A stretch of 42,730 bases of DNA from Dimargaris cristalligena (taxonomy: Eukaryota), in the NCBI GenBank assembly GCA_003614675.1, contig ML002315.1:1-42730 (forward strand). Direction: 5' to 3'. The notes under the pieces are model-generated. The model was not told the DNA's origin, ran no database searches, and saw nothing but the letters and a program-made list of their open reading frames with translations. Positions within the stretch are counted from its first letter, which is position 1; every line of letters begins with the position of its first letter. Both the position numbers and the translations under genes were made by a program. Positions 12,001-22,600 of the stretch are shown in pieces.

Positions 12001-13117
12001 GACCACTAGCCGATCGGTGCTTCTTACGGGGGGTGGGGGTCAAGTTGCGTTCGGAGTGGTTGAGATCGGGGAGGCCATTGGCCTGGGGAACCGGCAGGTG
12101 GGCCCCTGTGGGGGTGGAGTTGGGGCCTGACTCGACGGTATTGGATTTAGGCTTAGTGGTGGAGGTGGGGGTGGCCAAAAGGGCGGGCTGGGGGGCCGGT
12201 AATGGGGGGCTGGTAAAGGGGGTGCTGGTTTCGGTAATATCTACCGCATCCCCCGAGGATTGGGCGCGCGAGCGCAGGGAGAGCTCGGGACCGGGAGCCG
12301 GTGGAGAGCCGTTGCCGGGGTGGGCATGGATATTACCTAGCGAACCGCTGGAGGTCTTGGCAGTATTCAACTGTGGGGAGCGCGCGTTATTGGGGTTGGG
12401 GGCGGGGGCCGTTTGGTTAAGCAAGGAGGATGTACCCAGACTGGGGGCGGTATTATAATCAGAGATACGGGCCTCGGGTGAGGATGCTTGGGGTAGGGGA
12501 CTGGCCAAGGGCGAGGAAAGGCCATTAGGGTGGGGCTTAGGGTCCCCGGTGCCGAGGGGGCTGGGGCGAAACTTAGCCTGCTGGGGAACGGTCAAGACCG
12601 GCGGGTACTGCCAGAGGTTGGCCATGCTGGCGGCCCCGCCATTATTATTATTATTATTATTGGGTTTACCCGGACTCTTGGAACGATACTTGGAATTCAG
12701 GTTAGGGATGGACCGCTGTTGACTCAAAGTTCGCGAGGAAGGGACCAACAAGGCCGGGTTGGACGGTGAGCTGGTGCTCAAGGCAGGCTCGGTGGTGGGT
12801 TGCATGGACGTGACCGGTATGGGTTGGGTGGGAATGGGGGGCAGGGGGTAGGGCTCGGCCCGAAAGGGATCGTTGGGCCGGGGACCGAATCGTTCCAGGA
12901 CCTCAGTGCCAATGTCGTTTGCGTGGGCGATGGGGGTGCCGACCTCGTCGTTTAAGAAATGGTCGACATACTCCAAGGTGAGACCCTTGAGTTCGGGGCG
13001 ATTGCCATTATTCGAGGAGGCTTGGCGGCCAATGGGTATGGGGGCCGTCTCGGTTTCAGGCTCGAGCTGGGCCTTGGTAGCAGCACGGCTGGTGGTGGAC
13101 GAGGGCGGGTCGTCCAT
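9053..13117 (-). CDS. GRAM + VASt (StART-like) membrane-anchored sterol-transfer protein, Lam/Ltc/Aster family, 1354 aa
   Basis: GRAM motif RNADFHMLFKEIP...DYGCALQRDILVQGRLYIT...FHANIFGW. VASt-like segment R.LRYIRPINAPIGPKQ...DVPSGSCFHT...VWTKSSWIKGPVEKG. One C-terminal hydrophobic helix (WIMTVLLCLGLAVLIIFCALTYM). Single uninterrupted ORF. Confidence 0.9.
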   Translation of the reverse strand: MDDPPSSTTSRAATKAQLEPETETAPIPIGRQASSNNGNRPELKGLTLEYVDHFLNDEVGTPIAHANDIGTEVLERFGPRPNDPFRAEPYPLPPIPTQPIPVTSMQPTTEPALSTSSPSNPALLVPSSRTLSQQRSIPNLNSKYRSKSPGKPNNNNNNNGGAASMANLWQYPPVLTVPQQAKFRPSPLGTGDPKPHPNGLSSPLASPLPQASSPEARISDYNTAPSLGTSSLLNQTAPAPNPNNARSPQLNTAKTSSGSLGNIHAHPGNGSPPAPGPELSLRSRAQSSGDAVDITETSTPFTSPPLPAPQPALLATPTSTTKPKSNTVESGPNSTPTGAHLPVPQANGLPDLNHSERNLTPTPRKKHRSASGRSSVTNDNNSRTSQDLPTPPVAISATSYSGDNNAGLSAIFLKRNADFHMLFKEIPISELLNDDYGCALQRDILVQGRLYITDSFVCFHANIFGWVTHLVVQFSEIVSIEKRMTALIIPNAIQIATLHVKYFFGSFIYRDAAYSQLVDLWKKHHPGLKVPGEGGPATNSITSLALTGDQAIEDGTEAGIDQSDDGDGAVSRRHRERRRRRSVESTDHSTDGDSYSSYDSEWSDGSSYTESYSGSSDEYTDENDDVVSGTESTATLKQAGQTEETPVVSPDPAAGGASASNLTQTATTTARKLAKTVQSFVSGADETPMTAVAKKESQSFPDAANSSGIFKNANKSENILGKATTTNGSPSTNASPQPPDLIRSMSARGVNRPNGRKPSAPDSEEAQRKKYYGKRIGPGMSSTANVHTTPVITSSNRSAMLSAMMKDKNKSTNGLDSAGPASGRESPSEPTPAEHPQPDSREDTAPTVAATTTAAPSPAILAPAPPSSCPCLPANEHYDVQAIDETFSCCLSVAYKLLFNGAVPPELLPGEVKGPEEAPLYGRFIMDYLTSDKQNNRDITISPWQPGSGPPPHLTSPIYNQTVELRTLRYIRPINAPIGPKQATCDITEACVLKDFAKAVVIDITTFTLDVPSGSCFHTKARVCLMNAGQYRTRMIVTHKVVWTKSSWIKGPVEKGSIEGNNVYFRGLGEFLNQFLQSHPQFASSPERPSLAVAAGAGAGDAKADSRKTGAGDARKSRRRRSGSRTRTTSEGKPSGRRRHRRRGEGKSAECDRDGVTRGLDGSSSQNLLAQSVIADTSARPDPNVLNQTENPVFRWLYSWLPIVTPNQIENSIKQSAIPNKVLSSAQSVSSTLQRVTSDVSAVAGNDEGGCERAAVGSSALSRHGTSACSNLQRRGAFRKPSATSLELPSMGVQSYATDFSYWIMTVLLCLGLAVLIIFCALTYMELRVLSNHLAALTQQQTDIIRLFQPTTLQ

Positions 13118-14338
13118 CGCAGTGGGTATTGGGGAAAGGGGGGAATGCGAAAATAATGGTAATGAAAGTAAGGTACAAAACGGAAAGTCGGGGTGGGCGG
13201 GTTATATAAAGTAGAAGGGGGAGAGATGGGCCAACTATCTGTGTTGGAAAAAGGAGGAGGGGGGAGAGACAAACAATAGGACATATAGTATAAAGTTGGT
13301 ATGGGCTGTTGGCTGGGCGTCGAAACATCACATCCTTCTCCCCCAGCCAGCCAGCCCTGTTGTGTAGGAAGATAGTTGTAGGGTCTGTGAGAATAATATA
13401 ACGCCCAAGGGTGTGTGGTGTGTGGATGGTGGTGTTATAGGGGTAGAAAATAAGGGAGGGGGGTACGTTTCTTGGCTGTTGTTCTCTCTAGCCACCCTGG
13501 GTTGCTTGCGCGGCCTACTACCCAGAAATGGACTGAGGCGCTGGTTCAATAGCAGCGACTGCTGCCAATAGAGCGCTGCACGGTATCGTGGAGGAGCCGA
13601 TGAATGGACGGCAGATAGGCTCTTCGTCGTCATTCCAACGCTAAAATGCCAAGTGCAGCCAGTGAGTGGTTGGTTGGCCCCCTTCCGTAGTCTATATAGT
13701 ACATATAAGGAAATCAAGGAAAATGACGACCATGTGACGGCCAAATTCCTATTCCATTGATGAATATCCAGTACGCCGGTCCCCGCGATAACAAGACGGA
13801 CCCGTCCGAGAGTCGCTTCGTTGATGGAGGAAATCCCCGCAACGGCGGGCACAGATATCAAGCTCACGCAAGGCTCTCACGCTCTATGTATGCGTTGCCC
13901 AAGTCCACCTGCACCGGATCCCCCGGCCCATTCCGTTTCGAGTGCTTCCAGTCACATATTTCAGCTGGTACTTGTATCTTTGAGCATACATCCTTTATAT
14001 GCTGGCTTTTTTTATAGAAAATTAGCCCAAGTCCACTACTTCTTTAGCCTGCTACTACTTTACATTCCTCTTCTTTTATTCAACCACTTTGACTGTGCTA
14101 TAGATACCTCAATTCCTTCAGCAAAGCATCGCCTATGCAGTCCCACTCACTCTTTCGATTCCATCGCCCTACTTTCGACTAGCCTGCCTATTTCTTTACC
14201 GTCATTGCCCTCTCCCCTTTATTCGTGCCCTCTTACCCGCCGTCGGACCTGCCCCCATGGCCGCATTAGGCATCCGCCTCCCCTGTTCCGCATCTGGTCC
14301 TCCTTAAACTCACCACCCCATCTCCTTTCCCCTTATTG

Positions 14339-14365
14339 TACTACTACTACTACTACTACTACTAC
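14339..14365 (+). repeat. (TAC)9 microsatellite in a pyrimidine-rich leader region
   Basis: Read directly. Confidence 0.9.
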
Positions 14366-14929
14366 CCCCTTCTTTTTTCACCACACGTCAGCGAAGGCCA
14401 GCCGCTTACTTGCCTTTTTTTCTGGGCCTTGTCCGTTCTAGTCGTCCTTCTCCTGCTTTCCTACCACTCGGTTTGGTAGCACGCGGTAGAGTCGTCCCGC
14501 TCACTAGGTGGGCTGGACTTTGGCTCTGTTTTTCTTGTCAGCCCTCTTTCTGTAGTTTATTTTCCACTTGGGGCCCTTCTCAACTGGGATTCCCAGCTTC
14601 ATACCCATTATAATACGACCAAGTGCGCTATTCCAAGTGTTTTTTCGTTTTGTTTTCGCCCGCCACTATTATATACCGACCACTTATAGACGCTCTTCCC
14701 ACCAGCCCACTCACGCGCGCGTGTTCAAGTTTCACCATATATACACTTCGCATTCCTTTTTATATATCTAATATTTATATACAACCTCATATTTATATAT
14801 ACCTACAGTGCGAGTAGAGGAAATATCGAAAGCCCCCGTTGCGCAATTGCCTGTCTGCTGTCAAGTGGTGCCACTGGATTACCGCCGGTACCCGACCTCC
14901 TCCTCCTTTTTTCATTCCCCACGTGGTCC

Positions 14930-17900
14930 ATGCGCAAACCCACCCCCGCGTCAACTCCAGCCTCACATAGTGTCGAACCTCCGACGGGGCCTGCTCGCCG
15001 CCAGTCTACCATGACTCCACCGTCACCCGAATCGTCGTCGGCCAGTCCATCGCCGCCGCCCGCGAGTGGCTCTGGGGCCTCAACCCGTTGGCCCCACTTG
15101 CTGCGCTCCGTCCGCCACTACCTCTTCCAGCTCAAACACGAGGAGGAGAAAACCACCGCCCTCGCCCATCGGCTCTACATACTTTTCGTTGCCGCTCGAA
15201 AGTCCGGTCAGATCTCGATTGTGCTGGATAAACTGCACTACTTTCTACAGACCCGCCAGCTCGTCCCCTTCGCTCGACTCCACCAGCAGCTGGGTCTGCT
15301 GGAGAATCAGCTGCTCGATGGCCCCCTACTCTCCCTACCCCCATCGGGCGACGCCGGCCCCGAATCGACGGAGACCAACTTCCTTCACCATATCAGCCCC
15401 CGCAGCGCCAAGGTGATAGTCTATTTGGTTTCCATCCTCCGGAAACACGTTGACCTTCTTAGCTCAGCCCTGGCGGACATGCCCGGTCACGAGCTGGACG
15501 GGCTCACGCAGGCTCGCCCCGGCCCCCTGCACGGCAGTTTGATCCATACTCTTCTGTACTCGCTCTTTGGCTCTCCCGAATACCCGCTGGAGGACAAACT
15601 CCGCCTCTCCCTATGGTGCCCCGTTTTCGTACGCCTGCTCCAGGACCGGAAGGGGGAGCGCTTTATGCTCAAAGTCCTAGAGCGCTGGGTTCACCCTCCC
15701 GAGTACCAGTGCCCTGACGCGAAAGGGCTCCTGGAAACTCAGCTTCTACGGATTCTCCACCGCGGGGCTAAATTACCGCGCTGGGTACGCGAATACCAGC
15801 TGCATACTACCCCCGCCACGGGGGCCTCCGACCCCAACCACCCCGCCGGTCGGTGGGCCGCTCTAGGAGCTTCTCTGCCCGTCCATCATCACCTGTCCCA
15901 GGGTGCTCTGCCCTCGGGTTCTTCGCACAACGCTGGTCATCCACCTCCGCTGCGTCCCCCAAACGTCAATACGAAACCCATTGAGCTGGAACTCTTTTAC
16001 GATGACGCCTGTGTTGATATATTGTCTGTGCTTCCCAAAGTGATTCCCCCAGCCCTCACTGCCCTCTCCCAACGAATCTTCAGCAACCTGGCTCCGGATA
16101 ATCACCTCTATGCTTCCCTCATTATCATCCTTCGCTTCTTTTTTCATCGATACCTGCAGCGTGCCATTACTTCGCCCGAGTCCATGGGTCTCCTGGAAGA
16201 TTATTACGTCACCGACCAGCAGCGCGAGCTCATATTATTAGGGGTGCACCAGCGGCTCTACCGGCACGCCCAGTCCGTTATTGTGCCCTCTAGTGCCCGG
16301 GGAAGGACTGCTGTGCCCATGGATTCCCGCGTCCAGTCCCTGCTTCTTCGGATAGTAGCCCTCTTTCAATACGGCTCTGAACCCCCATCGGACACTCCCT
16401 CCACGTTGCCAACCTCTGTGACCCGCAATCACCCCGAGTCCGTATTCCCCCCGGCCCACGGGTTCCGCTCTGTGGTAGGCCCTACGCTGTGCTTAACCGT
16501 GGCGGATCTGACTGAGCTCTATGCCTTTTTACAGTTGTGGTGGATTCCCTTGGTAATGCCCACCACTACGAACCAATCATCGATACCATCTGTGGCATCT
16601 GACACGTCAGCGCCGGCCCGGGGGACCCCCGCTGGCGCGTCTGTCATGCCGACCCCACCAACAAGCGAGGCCGCGCCTGGCTCAACCCCGAATCCCGTCC
16701 CTGTGCCGGGTTCGCCTGCGCGTGCCGCCGGTTCCCCCCGGTCAGGACCACCGCCTTGCATTAACCGAAGCGGTCGCTCGTCATTGGCCCGGGAAATGAA
16801 AGTTTACCAGTCCCAACTATTTGGGATGCTAATCGGATCCATGAAAAAAGCCATAGAGGAGATTAAGGATCTATCCGAACAGGCCCATACCTTACTGTTC
16901 GCCAACGAAACCGACTACGGGGTTGAATTGGTGGACGCGGCGCTAACCGCCGGTAATATTGAGATGGTTATGGACACATCGACCGACTTGGACGCCTTTG
17001 TTAAACAGCAATTGGCCTCAGTCTCAGGTCCGTGGCTGCCTTCTTTGCCTCCATCTTCGACCGATACTGCAGTACCCCCATTAGACGGCCAAACGGTGTC
17101 AGCCCTAGCTTTCGGGACCCAGGTTCTCAATGATACCCTACTTCAACGGATCCGGCAATACGATGTTCGACCCGCCGGCGAATGCAGTCCACTGCAGGAC
17201 TTACAATCAATGCTTCGGGCGGCTCGATTCAGCCGGGATTATCCCACCGTCTTGGCCTTCGAACGGATGGGGGCCTATCTTTCCTACCACATGCCCTTGG
17301 CCAATGCCCTTGCCCCTGATTTTGAACCCCTTTTGATAATATTACAGGCCTATTACCAGCAACTCCATAATAGACTGGCCGAGCAACGGGAACGTCGTGA
17401 AATTTGGCGCGAGTACAGTGCTGCCCTGGAAACCCGTCTGCGGACCCACCTGGCATTCCGACAAGCCCAGCTGCTGGCCCTCAATACGCGCGGGTTCTAC
17501 ATGCAAATTCGGGTGGCAACCTGGTTCAAAGAGGCCCAGGTCCGGGTCCGGAAGTGGTCCCAATCCGCCTCCTTAAATGCCCAAGAGTGTCGCGAGGTTA
17601 AGGAGTACCTCAAGGCCAATAGCGTGGTTAATTTACTAACCGGCGAGGACCGACTACATCGTATGGTCATGGAGCTGCTTCGAGTCAAGGAACGGGCTCT
17701 GGGTCAGTGGCCAGTCTGGGTTAGTGACGGCGCTCTAGTGGACCCCATTCACGATCACAGTGTACCAACCGCCGGCCGGGACACCGCTGGCCCGAGTGCT
17801 CGTGCCCCCCAACATTATCCGTCAGGAGCACGGCACCCTGGTGTCCACTTGGGTCCAGATGCAGGGAGTACGAAGGAACGTTACACTGTCAGTGGACTGG

Positions 17901-19675
17901 ACTCGGTCGCTCGCGATCCGTCTATGGTCCATCCTCCAGATATCATACGACACTCCCTCCAACCTCCAGCGGCATTTCGGCCACCGCCTCGGGTTGACCC
18001 GGCCAATGACGGCGGGCCGCGTCTGGGCCTGTACTTTTCCCCCCAAGTAGCCGCCAGTGCTTCTTCCCTGCGACGGTTCTCGCCTACCCTGACTAACTCG
18101 GCAGGGGGACATCCAGTCCCACCAGCTACCATACGGCCGGGCAAAAAGCCGGCGGGATCACTATTGCCCGAAACTATCCGACCCACCTTAAACTTGGCCC
18201 AGTTACCCGAATGGTACTTGACCACCCCTCCCCCCATGTCGGTACCTGCCTCGCCCGCCCTTTATCCCGGCCTAGCCGCCTATTTTAATTCTAGCGAAAG
18301 TCGGGATGCCGAGGTCGGGCGACCCGCTGATCCTGGATCAAGGTCCACTACCAACCTAGGCGGTGGAAGTAACGGATATTTTGCCCTTCCCGTCGGCTCC
18401 ACGACTTCCAAGAGTGCACATCTGTCGAGTCGGGATATCCCCGTGACTTCCAACCACCACCCCTCGACTAATTGGTGGTGGAATATCGGCTGGAATGCCC
18501 ATCGAGATCCGCGCCCTTCCCCTGCACCAGTAGCTTGGGATACCGCGCCATCCGCGGAGCCCCCTGGCCTGCTTGGTGGCCCGCCACTCTTCTCCTCAAC
18601 CACGAGTCAGATGATGTCCCCTATGCCATTTTACTATAGCTTTGGCGGAGTCCAGCGGTACACTCTGGTTCGCGGGGATTGGACAGATCATTTGGGCCTT
18701 AAGCTACTCTCACTCATGCTAAGCGAATTTCTAGTCTTGTTCCGCTTTAGTGCGACGGATTCCTGGCTACGGGAGTATCTGCAACGCCCAGCGGATTTGG
18801 GCGAAACCGAAACCGAGCCCAATTCCTATAACTCACGCCTACCGGTTGACTCTTTCTCACCATCCTCAACGGACAGGACCGGCCTCCCCCTAACTCTGGA
18901 TGAACTGGGGTCTGACCTTAACCGCCAGAGTAGCGTGGGATTCGCCTCTGTTGCTGATGACAATCCAGCGTGTGCGGCCTCGGACGATCCATTGGCCAAC
19001 TCGGCCACCCTTCAGGCCGCGTTTGATGCTTTCCGTCAGCAATTCCACCTGCATCCGGCCCCCCTACAGAAACTGAATAGTTTGGTGGGTCTTGAATCCG
19101 CTTTAGTGGAATATTTAACTTATACCCTGCACCGGGAGGCCCTTGACTCTACGTCTGATGCGGCGTACTCCAATCCCGTCACACGTGAACTCAAGCGCTT
19201 CGAGGCCCACCCACCTGGTACTGACATTATCATCCACGACCTCGAGAAGCTGTTCCGCCTCCACCGCCCCAAGTGCTTTCTCCGGGATCTTCAACTTTTA
19301 GCCATGGTGGTGCCCAGCTCTGTCCTGGACCTATCCAGTGCCGGCAAGGTCTTTTGGGATATCACGACGGCCATGACCACCCTCAAGCAGGAGGGTGTGC
19401 AGGAACTAGTCAAGCAAGGCCAGCGCATGCTCGAACTGGCCAGTAATAGCCGGAATCCAGGCAGTACGACTGGAGGCCCCACCCCGCAGTTGCCTGTACC
19501 ACAACCCGTGGGAGTCCATTTCCAGACCCGCGGAAGCACCGCTTCCAGTAGTCACCTGTCCTCGGTCCTAGGGTCGGACTCGTTAGCGCCTTCTTTGTCG
19601 TCGTCGGCACCTCTGCATGTTCTTATGGCCCCCCCGTACCGATCCTCGTACTCTAGGCCGGTCTCCCCCCGCTGA
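14930..19675 (+). CDS. 5' part (1581-aa ORF) of a large protein with RasGAP-like and VPS9-like regions; probably one gene with 19617-23555
   Basis: Long ORF. RFFFHRYLQRAITSPESMGLL (~16132-16195) resembles the RasGAP FLRF..PAI.SP motif. PLQKLNSL...PGTDIII...RPKCFLRDLQLL...GKVFWDITTAMTTL (~19060-19385) resembles the VPS9 P..KL..L / GAD / P..L.SNLQYI / GY....L..A pattern. The start could be ATG 14930 or 15011. Confidence 0.75.
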   Translation: MRKPTPASTPASHSVEPPTGPARRQSTMTPPSPESSSASPSPPPASGSGASTRWPHLLRSVRHYLFQLKHEEEKTTALAHRLYILFVAARKSGQISIVLDKLHYFLQTRQLVPFARLHQQLGLLENQLLDGPLLSLPPSGDAGPESTETNFLHHISPRSAKVIVYLVSILRKHVDLLSSALADMPGHELDGLTQARPGPLHGSLIHTLLYSLFGSPEYPLEDKLRLSLWCPVFVRLLQDRKGERFMLKVLERWVHPPEYQCPDAKGLLETQLLRILHRGAKLPRWVREYQLHTTPATGASDPNHPAGRWAALGASLPVHHHLSQGALPSGSSHNAGHPPPLRPPNVNTKPIELELFYDDACVDILSVLPKVIPPALTALSQRIFSNLAPDNHLYASLIIILRFFFHRYLQRAITSPESMGLLEDYYVTDQQRELILLGVHQRLYRHAQSVIVPSSARGRTAVPMDSRVQSLLLRIVALFQYGSEPPSDTPSTLPTSVTRNHPESVFPPAHGFRSVVGPTLCLTVADLTELYAFLQLWWIPLVMPTTTNQSSIPSVASDTSAPARGTPAGASVMPTPPTSEAAPGSTPNPVPVPGSPARAAGSPRSGPPPCINRSGRSSLAREMKVYQSQLFGMLIGSMKKAIEEIKDLSEQAHTLLFANETDYGVELVDAALTAGNIEMVMDTSTDLDAFVKQQLASVSGPWLPSLPPSSTDTAVPPLDGQTVSALAFGTQVLNDTLLQRIRQYDVRPAGECSPLQDLQSMLRAARFSRDYPTVLAFERMGAYLSYHMPLANALAPDFEPLLIILQAYYQQLHNRLAEQRERREIWREYSAALETRLRTHLAFRQAQLLALNTRGFYMQIRVATWFKEAQVRVRKWSQSASLNAQECREVKEYLKANSVVNLLTGEDRLHRMVMELLRVKERALGQWPVWVSDGALVDPIHDHSVPTAGRDTAGPSARAPQHYPSGARHPGVHLGPDAGSTKERYTVSGLDSVARDPSMVHPPDIIRHSLQPPAAFRPPPRVDPANDGGPRLGLYFSPQVAASASSLRRFSPTLTNSAGGHPVPPATIRPGKKPAGSLLPETIRPTLNLAQLPEWYLTTPPPMSVPASPALYPGLAAYFNSSESRDAEVGRPADPGSRSTTNLGGGSNGYFALPVGSTTSKSAHLSSRDIPVTSNHHPSTNWWWNIGWNAHRDPRPSPAPVAWDTAPSAEPPGLLGGPPLFSSTTSQMMSPMPFYYSFGGVQRYTLVRGDWTDHLGLKLLSLMLSEFLVLFRFSATDSWLREYLQRPADLGETETEPNSYNSRLPVDSFSPSSTDRTGLPLTLDELGSDLNRQSSVGFASVADDNPACAASDDPLANSATLQAAFDAFRQQFHLHPAPLQKLNSLVGLESALVEYLTYTLHREALDSTSDAAYSNPVTRELKRFEAHPPGTDIIIHDLEKLFRLHRPKCFLRDLQLLAMVVPSSVLDLSSAGKVFWDITTAMTTLKQEGVQELVKQGQRMLELASNSRNPGSTTGGPTPQLPVPQPVGVHFQTRGSTASSSHLSSVLGSDSLAPSLSSSAPLHVLMAPPYRSSYSRPVSPR

Positions 19676-22600
19676 TCCGGCCCCCTCTACATCATCCCAG
19701 GCCAGTAGTTTCTCGTCGCCCCCGCCCTCTTCCGTCACCTCCCCCGAGCTGTTCCGACCCAGCAGTCGCAGTATCTCTTCGGTTGATGGACCAACGCAAA
19801 GCCTCAGCCCGGATCAACTCCCGTTGCGACCTCGGCACCAGCGCCAAAATTCCTTTGACTCAGATAGTTCGCATCAGTCGTTCACCACTCTAAGCAGTAC
19901 TCGGCCCAATTCGTTCCTGCGTCTTACGGATGCCCTGGGATTCCAGGGAGGTGCTACCCTGCCTTCCTCCGCGGGTGAACCGGCCCCAGTGCGTGATCGT
20001 ATGCTATCGACTTGTTCGCGGTGCCGTGGTCAATCCCGACCCTGTGAGTTTTGCGACAGTTGGGAATCAAACCGTGCTCGCTCTACGCTTTCTAATACAG
20101 CAGGGGCGCGCACTTCCCACAGGTATAGTCTACCGGCCAATGCGATTATGACCACCCACCCTCCACCATTGGCCCCGCCTGATCGAATTGCAGGATCCTC
20201 GGCCCTATCACCACTAATACCTGAAGATCCCGCCACGGATCCCGCCGAGCAACAGGAGGCCAAGTACCAATTCTTAGCCCTTCGTCTGTTCAGTATTGCC
20301 GCCCGGGAGGGTAACGCGGAGGCCCAGCGGGAACTGGGCATCTTATTCCTCAGTCTCCCGGCGGTGCCCATGGCCAAACTGGCCTCGGTTCCCAACTGCT
20401 CGTCGGAAGATAGCGACGAGTCAGCGTCTGACCATTTTACGGACAATGAAGACCACCCGTCTCTACCGTCGGTGGCGTCCAACAGCCATGCCTTTAGCCA
20501 GTGGTTTGGCAAACCTGCGCCTGCACCTTCGTCCTCGCCACGTCTTTCAGCCGTACCCTCCTGGCTAGTGACAGCAGGGACCCGAGGAAAATCGGACGCC
20601 AAGGGATCCGTCACCAATTTGGCACTTGATGTGAGTGAGTTAACTATTCAAGGGGAGGTACCAAAGTCTTCCTCCGGTACCCGACACCCGTCACCTATAC
20701 CGCCTTTGCAACTGACTATTCCCCAATCTGGATCGGGTACCTCGTCCTACATATCCGGGCCTAGCTCGGCACCCGTAGCAGGCCCTTCTCCGCCTCGTAT
20801 CCAAACGGAGGGTATGTCCAGCGGGATTAGCAGCTCCCATAATCACCCCTCTTCCCCGGCTTTACGTGGCCAATCCGCGGCTATTCACGGAGACCGGCCG
20901 ACCGTCGCGGCCAACTTACCCGCTCCACCTACCGTCACTCCAGCCATTGTGACAACCATGAGCAAGCCGGCTGTCACAGGGTCTAGTCAGTCTTCCGACC
21001 CGCTGTCCCCGACACCGGGGCCGTCACCGGTTAATCCGAGTGGACCAATAGTCCCCATTGGGGCAACCCGAACTTCGCAATCCGGCGAAACTATTTCGGC
21101 ACCGGGGCCTTCTGTAACAGGCTTGGGTCGCGCAACCACTACTTCAACCACACCCATGGTGGGAAGCGTCAAAGGAGCGCGCGGTAACGCGGGCACGGGT
21201 GGCTTCATGTCATCCTCGTCTCTCAAAAATTTCTTTTCCCCGATTCTAGGCGGGTCTGGTCTGTTCTCTTCCAGCTCACAGACTAAGGGAAGCAGCAAGT
21301 TGAGTAAAAGTTCGGTCGGCGGTCCAGTCCAAATCAATCCACCGATTGAAAACCCTACCCCTACGATCGCAGAGGAACCCGAACCAGGGCAGCAGCCGTC
21401 CGTTAAGCGAGAACCAACCCCATCAGGGCCCGGGCGAAGCTCAACTTTCAACCCACGCGGCCGGTCCAATTCGGTGTCGGTTATGCCCGGGTTGTCCGAC
21501 TCAGGAGCGGGCAGCCATAGTCTGACCCAACTGACCGTTTCGTCGGCTATCGATTTGCCATTGGGTAACCCGTCGTCTAGCTCCATGCTACCGAGGGCGC
21601 ACCCCCATGGCACCATTGCCGAATCATCCACGGCCAATGGCCAACTACCTGCTCCAACCCTCTGCGGACTACACCGCAGTGTAAGCACCCACTCGTATAC
21701 ATCGGTGGACCACCCGACTTCGCCTATGCACTCGCAGTCAATCCGACGACCGCACCGCACGCACCCGCGGCACCACAATTCATTGCTCCGTGACATGTCT
21801 CTGCGTGACAGTTTGTTGTCCTCGTCCATTTTCTCGCAGCAAAGCTCATCCTCCGGGGTTACCGCGTCGTCGAGCGTCAGCAACACCGGTATCAGTGAAG
21901 CTACCGGAAAAGGGTTCGGCGATGATATCACCAAAGTGAATCCCGAGAACATCGCCTCGGCGCTGTACTGGTTCGGTCAGGCGGCTGAACAGGGCGACAA
22001 GGTGGCCGACAAGTATTTGAGGCACCGCGACGGACCCCTCTCCTTGCTATCTAACCTACCGGACTCGGGGAAACCGCTGAAGCCATCGACTTTGCAAGAT
22101 AACGTTGAGGTGGCTTCGGCTGCTTCAGCTTCGGCGGCGGCCGTGGCAGCGACCAGCATGGATCTGACTTCGTCAGAGGAGTCGTACTTACCGGATCCTC
22201 TGATTTCCCCGCCGCCGGTAGGCCGAAGCTCGCGTAACTTCTGTCACATCAGCAGTCCCCCCACCCTGGGTGGATTACGGCACTCGGCCTCGCAGGCTTA
22301 CCTTCCTAGCCTATCATCACTGACGGTGCTTGGCCAGACCGGGGGCTCGATGGGACTGATTGAACCTCCATCCGCAGCGACCCGGTCCTTACCTGCGAAA
22401 CCCCGGTCGCGGCGCCGCACCTCCCTCTTTACCATCCCTTCTGCCACGTCGTCCACATCGTCCTTATCGTCGGCCGCTTCATCCTTGGCCACTGCTGGGT
22501 GGCGGGCCCCACCTTCTGGGGACGCTATTGCGCAAACGACCCATGCTACCGTTACAGCCACGTCGGCGGTGGGAGTCACTCCCCTGAAACGGTCGCATGC

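Noticed and set aside
13821-14441. 206-aa ORF in the divergent intergenic region (also 13328-13867 on the minus strand)
   Set aside because: Non-ATG starts and composition reflecting pyrimidine tracts and the (TAC)9 repeat; more likely UTR or promoter sequence.
19673-19675. TGA as selenocysteine or readthrough codon
   Set aside because: In-frame readthrough meets TAG after about 10 codons; the long continuation is in the +1 frame.
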